Below, one piece after another: positions 51,370 to 64,000 of a stretch of 64,000 bases of DNA. The notes beneath the pieces are model-generated. The model ran no database searches, was not told the DNA's origin, and worked only from the letters and a program-made list of their open reading frames with translations. The position numbers were made by a program, and so were the translations under genes. The stretch is from Octopus sinensis. Lineage: Eukaryota. The stretch lies in contig NC_043004.1 of the NCBI RefSeq assembly GCF_006345805.1, positions 13,578,001-13,642,000 of the forward strand, read 5' to 3'. Each line of letters begins with the position of its first letter. Position 1 is the first letter of the stretch.

Positions 51370-51788
51370 CGTAGGAGTGGCTGTGTGGTAAGTAGCTTGC
51401 TTACCAGCCACATGGTTCCGGGTTCAGTCCCACTGCGTGGCACCTTGAGTAAGTGTCTTCTACTATAGCCTCGGGCCGACCAAAGCCTTGTGAGTGGATT
51501 TGGTAGACGGAAATTGAAAGAAGCCCGTCGTATATATGTGTAAATATATGTATGTGTGTGTATATATTTGTGTGTCTGTGATTGTCCCCTCAACATCACT
51601 TGACAACCGATGCTCCTGTGTTTACATCACCGTAACTTAGCGGTTTGGCAAAAGAGACGGACAGAATAAGTACTAGGCTTACAAAGAATAAGTCCTGGGG
51701 TGGATTTGCTCGACTAAAGGCGGTGCTCCAGCATGGCCACAGTCAAATTACTGAAACAAGTAAATGAGTAAAAAAGTAAAAGAGTAAA
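51370..51788 (+). mobile_element. SINE family A, full length
   Basis: Colinear with the other copies. Confidence 0.92.
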
Positions 51789-51919
51789 CTACAAAAATGT
51801 TTAATAAATGATACTTTAGCTATAAGAGAATTCCCTGGGTATGACAGTCACGCAATATCAACGCGTGCATGAAAAAAAAAACAAATAACACAACCATGAT
51901 AAATTCAACCCAATCAGAA

Positions 51920-52210
51920 TGAAGGAGGACCAAGTATGACGAGAAAATAAGATATGAAAGATTCGCAAAAGGACATCAAACATATATATTCATCATCAGC
52001 AGCGAAACGGATATCATTATGATCTCGACACCTATGAATATTATGCTTCCGTTTAGCCATAGCGTTACTAATAACCAGGTGTTTGAAATCGATATTTTTA
52101 TAACTAATGGTATTACTAAGGTCCGGCAGCAATGATGAAATAAACTATATGGCATCGACTTGCCACTCCACACTGGGTGCATGGTTCCTTGTATCGAAAA
52201 CAGCTGCAAA
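51920..52210 (-). mobile_element. Degraded LINE RT fragment (RTE-like)
   Basis: Minus strand: LLPDLSNTI (LSPDLFNI-like), NGSII and NDIRFAADD (NIRFADD-like). Confidence 0.45.
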
Positions 52211-52225
52211 ATATATACATTTTTA

Positions 52226-52320
52226 TATACACCTGTTTATATACATGTCTGTTTAAATACATACCTGTTTATATACATGTCTGTTTAAATACATACCTGT
52301 TTATATACATACATGTTTAT
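52226..52320. repeat. 32-bp minisatellite, about 2.5-3 copies
   Basis: Unit ACATACCTGTTTATATACATGTCTGTTTAAAT. Confidence 0.85.
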
Positions 52321-52694
52321 ATACATACTTACATACATACATATATGTGCATGCGTGTGTGTGTAAAGTCTCATAAGGAAGTCGGTCAGGCGATATGGAA
52401 TAGGGACTGAGTATAAAGAATGTTTTACCACATAAAATGGTCGAACAGTCTCACAGCACGTCTCAGCTTTACAACGCCAAGTAGATCATGCTATTGGGTT
52501 CATTGCCAAGTGTCTTGTAGTATAGCTTAGAGTCGACCAAAGCCTTGTGAGTGGAGTTGGTAGGTAGAAACTAAAAGAAGCACATGCATATGTATGCATG
52601 TATGTATGTATGTATGTATGTATGTATGTATGTATGTATGTATGTATGTATGTATGTACGCATGTATGTATGTATATGTATATAAACACACATG

Positions 52695-53030
52695 TGAAGG
52701 CGCATGGCTCAGTGGTTAGAACGTCGAGCTTACGATCGTGAGGTTGTGAGTTCGAATCCCGGACCGGGCTGCGTGTTGTGTTCTTGTGTAAGACACTTTA
52801 TTTCACGTTGCTCCACTTCCCTCAGCTGTAGAAATGAGTTGCGACGTCACAGGTGCCAAGCTGTATCAGTCTTTGCTTTTCATTTGGATAACACTGGTGA
52901 CGTGGAGAGGGGAAGCCGGTATGCATGGGCGACTGCTGGTCTTCCATAGATAACCTTGTCCGGCCTTGTGCCTGGGAGGATAACTTTCTAGGTGTAATCC
53001 CATGGTGAGTCATGACCGAAGGGGGTCTCA
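52695..53030 (+). mobile_element. tRNA-derived SINE family D, full length
   Basis: A-box TGGCTCAGTGG and B-box GAGTTCGAATCCC; central TGTGTTCTTGTGTAAGACACTTTATTTCACGTTGCTCC..CTCAGCTG; tail CATGACCGAAGGGGGTCT. Confidence 0.85.
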
Positions 53031-53084
53031 GCATACACGCAGATACATACATACATACATATATACATACACACATATATATAT

Positions 53085-53541
53085 ATTTATAGACTGCTAT
53101 ATTAGTATGGCGATAACTATTAATACCCAGTAACGCTGCCGTAATCTCCTTTAGAGAGAGTTAGTAATTTTAATAGTTCTATTATTGAAAACAAGTGGAT
53201 GTATTCCACTGTAACTAGGTAAATAAAATCTTCGAACAGACGTCAGTAGCGACACCTGCTGGTTCTGGCTACGTTGCATTGATAAAGGGCAACAACCCTG
53301 AAACATGTCTGCAGATGTCTGACGAGCAAGGTGAAGCGGCTGACCTCCCCTGTTCGAAGGTTGTAATGGACGCAGATTCGTGTATCAAATAGCTAGCTAG
53401 AGGCGATGGCCTCTTGGAGCTAATCAGCGACAGTTTTAGTCTTATTTATAGACTGCCATATTAGTGTGGCGATAACTATTAATACCCAGTAACGCTGCCG
53501 TAATCTCCTTTAAAGAGACTTAGTAATTTTAATATTTCTAT

Positions 53542-53544
<3 letters not shown>
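53085..53544. repeat. 101-bp direct repeats (53085-53185, 53444-53544) flanking an HHR-containing 258-bp core; period 359
   Basis: 5 mismatches in 101 bp by hand count. Confidence 0.9.
53274..53314 (+). ncRNA. Type I hammerhead with U3-A8 variant core (UUGAUAA)
   Basis: UUGCA-UUGAUAA-AGGG CAACAA CCCU-GAAA-C AU GUC-UGCAG. Stem I is UGCA/UGCA plus U.G, stem II is 4 bp, and stem III is the palindrome ACAUGU. Confidence 0.7.
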
Positions 53545-53599
<55 letters not shown>

Positions 53600-54234
53600 C
53601 GTCTGTGTGTGTGTGTGTGTGTGCATATTTCGGTAAACAACAAATACGAAATCAAACGAGAAAAAGTGGAAAACAGGACAAGTAACACAAACGATGGCCA
53701 TTCATCAGTTGCTGGTTGTCTATCTTACACTTCATTTCGAGCATTCAGCGACAATATGAGTCTTCGAAGACAGTTGCTCCTATAACATACAAAATAAAAT
53801 TTTAAATCTTATGGAGGGTCAGAATTGGAAAGAAAAACAGGACAGTGGAAACATACAAGGAAACCGAACGAAAAAAACATGCAGTTATTCGACCAGAACG
53901 AGGGCAAAATAGTGAACGCTGAGAGCAATATTTTCTTAAAAAGAGAAAAGATAGAAGAGAGATATCGAAGACTTCTTGTCCTTAGAACGTCAGTTCAGGA
54001 AAAGAAAGTTGGTCACGTGAGGAAAAGAAAGATGGACGATGGTCACGTGTGTGCAACGAGAAATAGAAAAAAGAGAAAGAGGGGAGAGAGAGAGACAGAT
54101 AGAAAATGGTGGAGGAAGAGGGAATTAGAGAATTGTGGAAAATAGCGTAGAGTAGAGTTGCATCAAAAAGGTTAAGATAAACTTAGAAACGGATGCGTGG
54201 CTTTCAATTAAATAATAATAAAATAAGAGAAGTA

Positions 54235-54282
<48 letters not shown>

Positions 54283-55039
54283 TGCATGTATGTATATGTG
54301 TGTGAGTGTGTCTCTGTGAGAGTCTGTATTTTCTACGCTCGGTGCTTAAGAACCGCTGTTTTTCTGTTAACGCCCTGCTAAATAAGTGGTTACTCAAAAA
54401 GAATCCGATAGAATATGTACCTAACCGAAGAGCAGAATTGTATCAGGTCGCACAGAGTTGACTTCAAATGTCACTATGCTAACCACCTATCATTTTTTCG
54501 GCTCATCAACAAAAGTAATGCCACTAATATGGCTAGCCGCATACGGCGTTTGAAGTCCGACCCCACGCTACATACAATCAAGAGTAAAATCGTAGAAAAA
54601 TATGCACCATATGTTAATACATCCACAAAATGCACTGCTGAATTCCTGAAATTTCCAGCAAATGCAAGCATATGGACAAATATATTTTGGCGAACTGGAG
54701 AACACCTCCCTCTCCCAATTGACCAACTGCATCACAAACTTTATACCTACTTCTGTTAATTTTGAAATTTTTATGGCTTTACGAGGAAAGGAGACACAAC
54801 TATAATTTTCTCTTCTTTTTTTCCTTTCATTTTACTTTCCTTTATTTCACCATTTTCCTTTACTTTATTTCACCCTTTTCCTTTTCTTTCCTGATTTCTC
54901 TTGTTCTATTTGCCTGATTTGTAATTCATATTGGGCATGTGCTCAGAACTTGGAAATTGTTTGGAGATTCTAGGCACGTTAAAACCTGCCTAAACACCAT
55001 GTCCGATGTATGAAAACATTAGTATCTCATAACTATATA

Positions 55040-55546
55040 ATAGAAGTCTGTTGGGGTTCGACAATGACGTTAGTGACGCCGGAGATGGGAGCGGAACCCA
55101 AAGGCGGATGTGCAGACGCTGCCACATGTTGGGTACGTAACAGCAGAAGTAGGGTTGGGGACCCTCTCTTTTCGGGCTTGTCGCTTCTGGTCCAGGCCCA
55201 TGACGCGCTTTTCTTCGAACAGCCTAACACCCTTTTGGACAGCTGGACGCCAGGCGCCGCAGTCAGAGGTAAGCGATTCCCAGCCACTAGCTGAAATGCC
55301 GCAGGCCTCAAGGGAAGTTTCATCACCTCAGTGGCCTTCTAGGGTTTCTTGCTCCAGAAGCCAGGCAAGAGAAGAAGATCATCTTTGGTAGACGCGCATC
55401 GTCCATTCAGACTACATGTCCGACCGACCGGAGCTGGGTCTTCATGATGAGGGCTTCGAACCCGGGCATTTCGGCTCTGCGAAGCACCTCAGTGTTGGAG
55501 ACTCTCCCCTCCCAAGAAATTCCCACGATTCGTCGCAAGCAGTGGA
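55040..55546 (-). mobile_element. RTE-clade LINE, 3' end
   Basis: Minus strand: EVLRRAEMPGFEALIMKTQLR..GHVV.MDDARLPKMIFF, then (frameshift) WESLTSDCGAWR...KRQARK...CGSVCTSAFGFRSHLRRH*, with the stop at 55070-55072. Confidence 0.88.
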
Positions 55547-56084
55547 TAACTATATACTGTATACATTATACACTATTTAACTCTCACCAGATGGAGGAAT
55601 TGTTTTGTTGATATGTTTTCTATACTGATCAAATTTAATTATCACTGACTATTTTTGTATGTGAGTGTGTTTGTGTTTTTGTGTGTGTGTATGTATGTGT
55701 GTGCCTGCGCGTGTGTGTGTGTGTGTTGATGTACGTGTTTGTGTGTGTTTTTAAGAATTAGGTAATTTGTGAAAATGTTATAGGTATATAAGGTCAGATG
55801 AAAAAGAATACGTTTTGAATTGAAAAGTGATTGGTGCTAGTTGTATCACCTTTTGGTGTTAAAACAGAATCAAAGTGATTGTAGATAATCGTGTTCAATA
55901 TAATTATTCATTATTGAAACCGAAGTAATATAAAGCTCTGTACATACGTACATATGTACATATGTATGTATACATACATACAAGCATGGGTATGTTGCCC
56001 GGAAGCTTGAGAAACAATAGAATTAACACGAAACGCAGACGCTCTAGGACGCAAGACCACTATATACCATCACACTGTGAAGTC

Positions 56085-56455
56085 TATGCGTTTGCAATCC
56101 ATGAATAGGAGATTGCCACAAAGTATCTGATGAACAGGAGAGACAGTGACGCTCTTGTAATTCCAAGGTGCAACTGCATGGACATTATGCATATGATTAC
56201 CAGCTGTCATAAAATGTCACCACGGTACTACCTCCCTATGCGGCACGTTTTAGTGGCTAAAACAATTTACAATGCCATTCGCAAAAAAAAAATGACTGTT
56301 CTGAATAAACTTAGAAAATACTTCTGTTATGGAATACATTCATAAACACCAGCTCAAGGTATACTGGTGGAATATTACCATCAAAATGTCATATGTAAGC
56401 ATAACAGGTCGGATATTGTTATTTAGGACAGAGGGGCAAAGGTATGTGTCATCAT
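56085..56455 (+). mobile_element. R4/Dong-like (RLE) non-LTR retrotransposon fragment, truncated by the SINE array
   Basis: AIHE*EIATKYL...DIMHMITSCHKMSPRYYLPMRH..VAKTIYNAI...YWWNITIK...CKHNRSDIVI (CCHC knuckle plus HNRPD-like motif). Confidence 0.8.
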
Positions 56456-57455
56456 AAGGCGGCGAGCTGGCAGAAACGTTAGCACGCCGGGCGAAATGCG
56501 TAGCCGTATTTCGTCTGCCGTTACGTTCTGAGTTCAAATTCCACCGAGGTCGACTTTGCCTTTCATCCTTTCGGGGTCGATAAATTAAGCACCAGCGACG
56601 CACTGGGGTCGATGTAATCGACTTAATCCGTTCGTCTGTCCTTGTTTGTCCCCTCTGTGTTTAGCTCCTTGTGGGTAGTAAAGAAATAGGTATTTCGCCT
56701 GCCGTTACGTTCTGAGTTCAAATTCCACCGAGGTCGACTTGCCGTTCATCCTTTCGGGATCGATAAATTAAGTACCAGTTACGAACTGGGGTCGATGTAA
56801 TCGACTTAATCCCTTTGTCGGTCCTTGTTTCTCCCCTGTATGTTTAGCCTTTTCTGAGCAATAAAGAAATAAGAAACGTTAGCACGCCGGCCGAAATGCT
56901 AAGCGGTATCTTTCTGCCTATACGTTCTGCGTTTAAATTCCGCCGAGGTTGCCTTTGCCTTTCATTCTTTCGGGGTCGATAAATTAAGTACCAGTTACGC
57001 ACTGGGGTCGATGTAATCGTCTTAATCCGTTTGTCTGTCCATGTTTGTCCCCTGTATGTTTAGCCCCTTGTGGGCAATAAAGAAATAAGAAATAAGAAAC
57101 GTTGACACGCCGTGCGAAATGCTTAGCGGTATTTCGTCTCTTTAAGGCGGCGAGCTGGCAGAAACGTTAGCATGCTGGGCGAAATGCGTAGCCGTATTTC
57201 GTCTGCCGTTCTGAGTTCAAATTCCGCCGAGGTCGACTTTGCCTTTCATACTTTCGGGGTCGATAAATTAAGTACCAGTTACGCACTGGAGTCGATGTAA
57301 TCGACTTAATCCGTTTGTCTGTTCTTGTTTGTCCTCTCTGTGTTGGTAGTAAAGAAATAGGTATTTCGTCCCTTTACGTTCTGCTTTCAAATTCCGCCGA
57401 GTTCGACTTTGCCTTTCATCCTTTCGGGGTCGATAAATTAAGTACCAGTTGCGTA
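56456..57455 (+). mobile_element. SINE family B tandem array (about 6 full or partial units)
   Basis: Heads at 56456 and about 57143; headless units are joined at AAAGAAATAG|GTATTTCG or AAAGAAATAAG|AAACG. Confidence 0.9.
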
Positions 57456-57652
57456 GAACAAATATTGATAGGCAGCCATTTGGGTATAAATTTTGGGTGG
57501 GTTCCATATTCTTGTGAACAGATATTGTGACAATTTCATTAACACTTCTTCAAGATTTTTCGTTTCCCCTAAAGAGATTTTTATTGTTTTTCAGAAGACA
57601 GTTCTTCATTTCTTATACTTCTGACATTAGTGATTATCTTTCTTCTCTTTCT

Positions 57653-57684
<32 letters not shown>

Positions 57685-58249
57685 CGTCTCTCTACCGCTG
57701 TGTTAGTCTCTCTATATCTGTCAGTCTCTCCTTTTCTTTCTCTATCTCCCTTTTTCTGTCTCTCTGTTTGTCTCCTTCTCTTTCTTTCTCTGAATTTCTC
57801 TCTCTATCCCCCCCCCTCTCTCTCTCTCTCTCTTTCAATAGCAATGTTGTATTTTATCATTTTGATTATTCTCAGATTAACAATTCTTACTTTCTCTTAT
57901 ACTTCCGACATTAGTGATGTTTTCCTCCCTCCCACTCTCTCTCTCTCCCTCCCTCCCTCTTTCCTCCCTCTCTCTCTCTCTCTCCTTCTTCTTCTCTTTC
58001 ACTCTTTTTGTCTATTATCATTTTGATCACTCTCTGCTTGATTAACATTTGTTGTTTTCTTATTTAAGCTGTACCAGTGCTTTTCCGCTCATTTTCTTTA
58101 TGTCTTTCTCTTCACAGAGCATATTACTAGCTTTGTCTCCGATAACATCATTTATTGGCGCAAATTTTCTTGTTATTAGCTTTAATGCTCTGTAAAAATC
58201 ATTTTAGTATTCGTTAATAAACTTTTTTTTTCAATCTCATCACATATTT

Positions 58250-58850
58250 TGTTCATGTTTTCCTTTTTTCATCGTAGCTTGAAATTCATGGCTCAACCGT
58301 GATATCGTTCTTTACATCTAAATGATGTCCTACCGTTGGTTTTTACTGATCTTTCTTCAGTTTCACCTAATGTCTCGTATGCTACCCACTTCAAACATTT
58401 ATTTGTTCTTTGGTGATGATTTTTGTTACTTCCGAAACAGTATTTTTAGCTATATCACACAGTTCTTGATATTGCTAAAGTTGTTGAAATCAGTCTTGTT
58501 TTTTTTTTCTTTTGTCTATTATTTTATTTTTATATTTATTTGTCAAATTTGCTAGATCGTATCTCTGTGGTGCTTCAATCTTTTTATTACTATTAAACGC
58601 AATCTAACTTTTACAGCATTAAATCGATTGTCACCGTTCCAGTCAGGGCGTGGATACAATTTACCTTTTACACTGCTGTTCCATCGCTGTTGGATTAAAA
58701 TGTCGTCTATTTAGTTAAGTAGTTTTCGATCTGAAAGCTGCTTAACAAAGCGCAGAGCCATTTATAATGGTGGTCAAGCCGCGTACTAGAAAATCAACGT
58801 TTCTCATATACCAGTGTTCAATTCGTAAAGTTTATCCAGAAATTGCTCGC
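58250..58850 (-). mobile_element. Highly degraded Penelope-like RT-thumb/endonuclease fragment
   Basis: Minus strand: QFLDKL..NTGI.ETLIF, LSDRKLLN and LGETEERS resemble PFLD..TSIY, CSD..L and IGET motifs. Confidence 0.35.
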
Positions 58851-58852
58851 AA

Positions 58853-59075
58853 CTCTTTTACTTGTTTCAGCCATTTGACTGTGGCCATGCTGGAGCACCG
58901 CCTTTTAGTCGAGCAAAACCACTCAGAACTTTTTCTTTGTAAGCCTAGTACTTATTCTATCGGTCTCTTTTGCCGAACCGCTAAGTTACGGAGACGTAAA
59001 CACACCACTATCGGATGTCAAGCGATGTTGGGGGGACAAACACCGGCACACAAACATACACACACACACACACAT

Positions 59076-59122
<47 letters not shown>

Positions 59123-59285
59123 TATGACGGGCTTCTTTTAGTTTCCGTCTCACAAATCCCCTCACAAGGCTTTGGTCGACCTGAGCCTATAGTAGAAGAC
59201 ACTTTCCCAAGGTGCCACGCAGTGGGACTGAACCCGGAACCATGTGGTTAGTAAGCAAGCTACTTAGCGCACAGCCACTCCTGCA
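58853..59285 (-). mobile_element. SINE family A, full length
   Basis: Colinear with the other copies. Confidence 0.9.
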
Positions 59286-59599
59286 TAGCTATTGATTTTG
59301 ATAATAATTTTCTCACTTTACCATTTAGAGCACTAATCAGAATGAGAGGGATCAATTATAATGGATATAAGCAATATTTTTGGTGATTGTTGTTGGAGCA
59401 GAAAACAGCATGGCCATAACTTTAAATGGTTTTCCTGGTCTTTTCCTGGTCTTTTTCTGGTCTTTTCCTCCTCTTTTTCCTGATCTTCTCTTAGTTTTTG
59501 TCCCTGGTCTTTATAATTTCGACATTTACTGGTTTATATTCAATCAAGAGCTTAGTAGTAATCCTATTCAAGATAACGGTAACTTCTCACGTTGAACAA

Positions 59600-60450
59600 C
59601 AGTCACCTTCTGCAAAATTTGCTTTTTGTCATTGATTTGAAATAAATATCTGTAAATTTTATTTATCTAAAAGTCCAACTAGGATATTCCATATTTGTCT
59701 ATTTCATTGCATACAGAAGTATTTTATCACCCTATCACAAGGATTTTACCTTCTACTTGCCAACTTTTATCTCGCAATAGACAAAAAAAACAACCTAAAT
59801 TCTCTATTTATAGTGTCAACTTCATTCTCAATATTTGAAATGAGTGTTAGAGCCCACCGTGCCTCTTCTCTTTATCATTCATCACTCTATCCAGCTTTCT
59901 TTATCAATCACGCGTATTCGATTATGTCACTGTAGGGTCTCATATTTTCTGATACAGCAGCTCCCGGCAAAGTGTAGTGATTTCCCGCTGTTATCACATG
60001 AATCTCGCATCTTCTGCTACGTATTTTGATAATCACTGTTCTGGCAGTTAAATATTAAAGTAACCTTCTCTTAAATTTATTGTCATCTACACCTAAGAAA
60101 TGAAATATTTTCTGAGCTAGATTTCACGAGTGAGTGTGATCATGCTATGCCTCCATACTTGGCAATAACTAAAGAGATCCTAGTAGCATTCAGAACATGT
60201 CTAAGTAATGGCAAGTTATGTATAGCGATCTGAAGGGTACGAGATTTTCCTTCTCCTGCATAGCACTTGCCATTCTAACTGCTACCACCTCTGCGTAGAC
60301 TTACTTCCCACAACATTATTGATCCAAATGCGTTGATGATTTTTAATGAGAGATAAAAAGATAGCGGGTCATTTGCCTTTTCAGAACATAGCTGTCTCAA
60401 AGCTTCATACAGGGGAAACCAGTTATAATTTAGAGAATTTTCATCTTATT
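59600..60450 (-). mobile_element. Highly degraded R4/Dong-like RT/RLE region
   Basis: Minus-strand remnants KIINAFG, EIHVITAG and SNIENEV resemble KAINTFA, TIHHITAG and SVLENE; many stops. Confidence 0.3.
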
Positions 60451-62379
60451 GTCAGATAAAAAGAAGACATAATGCAATGTGAAAAAAAAAACGGATAGGA
60501 CTAACTACTGATAAATCGTGGTAGTAAAATCATACATACGAGCATTACCGATAATAATAAAATCAAATATCAAATAAAGATAACTAAAAAAAAAAGTAGT
60601 TTTCCAAATGGAAAAAGAACAAGCTATGCCATTCCTAAACTAAAGATAGTTATTCAAAATAATAGAGAACATCATACGTAACTGTTTTCTTCTTTTATTG
60701 ACAATGAAAACGCTTCCGACACATTTATGCGTGGCACATTATAGTTAGTGGTAGCAGAAACAGGATTTCCTCTGCATTTCACAGAGTTATTAAAGCCACT
60801 TTATTCTCAGCGCACTGCAACTCTGAAAGCAAAGATGGGTGTCACTGAGTGGTTTGAAGTTTAGCAGGGGTATGAAATTTGTGTAATTTTAAGATGAGTT
60901 TTCTGTTCCACAGCTATATCAAAAGCAGTGAATGAAGCTGTATAAGTTTTCGAAATTTCAGGTAATTTCAGATTAGGAGTGGTCACCTATTTCAGATATT
61001 GTTATGACACTGTTCTTATGGTAACTTAGAGAAATCGGGGTTTATGTTCGATTATGAGTGTTTTGAATGCGAAATAAAAAATGACGAAGAATATAAATTA
61101 TTCGTTAATTTTGACAAAGCTAAATATATTAGGAATACATGTTAATGTTCTAATAAATTAGCAAAACAATAACCGGCTATCCTTGGATTATAGGGAGTAT
61201 CAGAGAATGTTACAAAGCCTTGAAAATATTCACCATTTTACAAACTTTCGACCATCTGGCCTGCAACATACGTACATTTTTATATATAAAGATGATACTG
61301 AAAGTGTCAAAGAGCAGGTGAATGGATTTTGCTTGACTCGGAGTATTATTGCAAATAAACGCGATGGGAGCAAAAAAAAAAAAAGAAAAAAAATTTGCAA
61401 GATCAGAATCTGATGTTATCTCTTTAAATCATATATGGAAAAAACCTATTAATAAGAAAAACCAATTCGAAATTGTTGCACTTTGATATTACCTGCAGCA
61501 ACGTATAAATCTGATTGCTGGACACTTAAAAAAATCTATGAGTAAAAATAGAGATTTCAAGTTCGGAATTATATGGCTGATTGCTAAGAATTAGTAACAC
61601 AGATAAACGGACGTGTTAGTGTGTGTTGCAGCAAACTGGAATTAAATGTGTCATTGCAAAGGAACTGGCAAAACAAATATTGCAGCAGAAGATCTAAAAC
61701 TACTCTCGGTCGTTGGAAAAGCTCTTAGAAAAAGACCAAAATGAAACTACGATTGATAGTTTTACCAGGGCACCATAAATTAAAGAACAAAAAGAAAAGT
61801 CATACAGAATCTATAGGGTCTTACAGATTCCTTTGTGCTATTTTTTTATTCAGGCATTTTGTGCTTTTATTTACAATCATACAAACGTCAAATTCACATT
61901 TTATCCTTCCAAAATCGATAAATGACGCCAAATGATCTAGATTAGCAGAATTTTGAGAACAGGTTTATTTATAGTGTATTTCTCAAAATGCATTTTCATT
62001 TAATAGCTTTGTCACCCCTGTACACTTGCTAATATATGCGAAAGTACCATGTGAAACGTCCTCAGCTGAACAAATGCATAATAAATGGCGCTTTGTACTG
62101 GTTCATGAACCAAGTTTGTAACAATCTCTCAATCCTTGCTTCGCAACCAAATCAGCGCCAAATTATCAATTCTTTGAATGGAGAAAACAAGCGACACTCA
62201 AAAGAATCAATATCAGAACTATATGATAAATACTCCAATACCTCATACTTTTAATTTTTGCGGAATTTTTGTGGAATTTTTGTGTAAGCAACAGTATAAG
62301 AATGATAATTTTCGTACCACAACGTAATTCTTTCAACTGTAATCCTCAGCGTTTGCCTCTAATTGCTTGCCCGAAACTT

Positions 62380-62620
62380 TACCTGCTGCAATTTGCTACA
62401 ATAAGGTCCGGCTATTATGAGATTTCTCCTCACGGGATCCCAGTATTGGTCATTTTCAGTAAAAAGAAATAGCATTTCTGCCATTTCTTGCCCGCTATTT
62501 GTTGAATTTTCAAATTTTATCTGGCGTACTTATGTAGAAAATTTCTAATCCATATACTGACATTTGCTCTGCTATTGACAGCGGTATGACCAATTTTTTG
62601 TCACCATTGACGAATATTTC
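62380..62620 (-). mobile_element. Degraded LINE RT fragment
   Basis: Minus strand: WIRNFL, followed at the expected distance by TNTGIP*GEIS (GIPQG-like). Confidence 0.45.
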
Positions 62621-62742
62621 CCAGATTCATCTTTATTGTCAAAGCGAAATACACACACACATGCATACACACGGTATATATTTAGACAGGCGGTAGGCAG
62701 ATATTTATGCCACGTGTGTGTATGCACACATGCATACTCACA

Positions 62743-62779
<37 letters not shown>

Positions 62780-62801
62780 TTATATACATATATATCCATG
62801 T

Positions 62802-62847
<46 letters not shown>

Positions 62848-62923
62848 TAGATATGTATGCAAGTATAAGTGTGTATGTAGACAATGTATACATATATATG
62901 AATGTATATATATACATACACAC

Positions 62924-62982
<59 letters not shown>

Positions 62983-63572
62983 TACACCCACTTTCACGCA
63001 TGTGTATATACAGAAATTGGAGGGGAGGGTAGGGAGGGATCAAATAAATGTCACATAGAATACACAGAAAGGAGTGGAGTGTGGGATTGAACACCTACCT
63101 AGTTCAATAAAACAAATTTTTATGACATAAATAAATGGAATCCCCAAGAAATGATAAATTATCAATGCGTTTTTTTTTTCATAAAATTCAGTAATGTTTT
63201 TCCAAAAACAAAATAAAGAGAATACAAAATCATCTCTAACATCAAATATGCGTACTATCTTGTTTATAGCCTATAAAGAAGGATCATATTAACAGAACTT
63301 CCAAAAATCGTTTAATCCGCATCGGAACAGAGAAAATATATAAACATAAAATTATTACCAGATAGAGTTTAAATTGGTTAAACTTCTGCTGCAACATAAT
63401 CATTTTTTGTTATTTTACAGATTTTTAGTAAAAGGACTGCGGCCATGCTGGGGTACCACTTTTTAGATATGTTTTTTTTTTAACCTTTTTACTTGATTAT
63501 ATTATATGGAAATACATTCTTTGCTATTTTATGTGTGCTACACATGTTCACGCTGTTTCAATATTGCATGAA

Positions 63573-63630
<58 letters not shown>

Positions 63631-64000
63631 CGAAATTCTTGTCGCTCTAGGAAGCCAGATTAAAACATTTTGAAATGCATATTCGAACGGCCCTTTTCTC
63701 ATTGCAATAGACCTTACCCAGTTCCATTTCTGAAAAACCAAGCATCCCTAAAAAATTTATATTTTAGCTCTCTTTTCCCTGGTGTCCATATACTCTGGCA
63801 CAAATCAACATCGAATAAACACCAATAATTTTGACAGAGTTACGCGGCACCGTCATCGCAATCATTACTGCAGGACGCCTTCGAGCACATCATTTTTTCA
63901 GGGAGCGTGTGGCCCATCGAACCCTCCTCCGCCATCTTCTTTCATATTTTATCTTTTATTTGTTTCAGTCTTTAGCATCACTTTAATAAACCTCAGTACT

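Noticed and set aside
56456-57455. Regularly spaced repeats resembling a CRISPR array
   Set aside because: Units are about 185-bp SINE bodies with no unique spacers, in a eukaryotic context with no cas genes.
63860-63940. GC-richer patch with CCGCCATCTT (YY1-like; AAGATGGCG on minus) opening a 31-aa ORF
   Set aside because: The ORF is short, there is no donor site and the context is cut by the window end; it cannot be called a promoter or gene.

Overview
This is AT-rich, repeat-saturated eukaryotic non-coding DNA. The SINE families and heavy (TA)n/(TATG)n/(GATA)n load look like an octopus genome; this is recalled, not database-checked. I find no confident host protein-coding exon, rRNA, true tRNA or CRISPR array. 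Almost all ORFs in the supplied track are microsatellite or SINE read-through. The window holds many tRNA-derived SINEs (at least 4 families, some modular or in tandem arrays), Tc1/mariner and Tigger-like elements, a non-autonomous Helitron, and fragments of Penelope-like (PLE), RTE, CRE-like, R4/Dong-like and L1-like retrotransposons. It also holds a near-identical tandem duplication of about 1.28 kb. The standout signal is a set of about 8 type I hammerhead ribozyme (HHR) motifs. At 24.2-25.2 kb, two back-to-back foldback elements carry three HHRs, and in the first the inverted arm ends within 1 nt of the predicted cleavage site. At 53.1-53.5 kb, an HHR with a compensatory U3-A8 core sits inside a 359-nt, retrozyme-like unit. 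Two PLE termini share an A6U core variant. All ribozyme calls are by-eye motif and pairing matches; none has been tested for activity.
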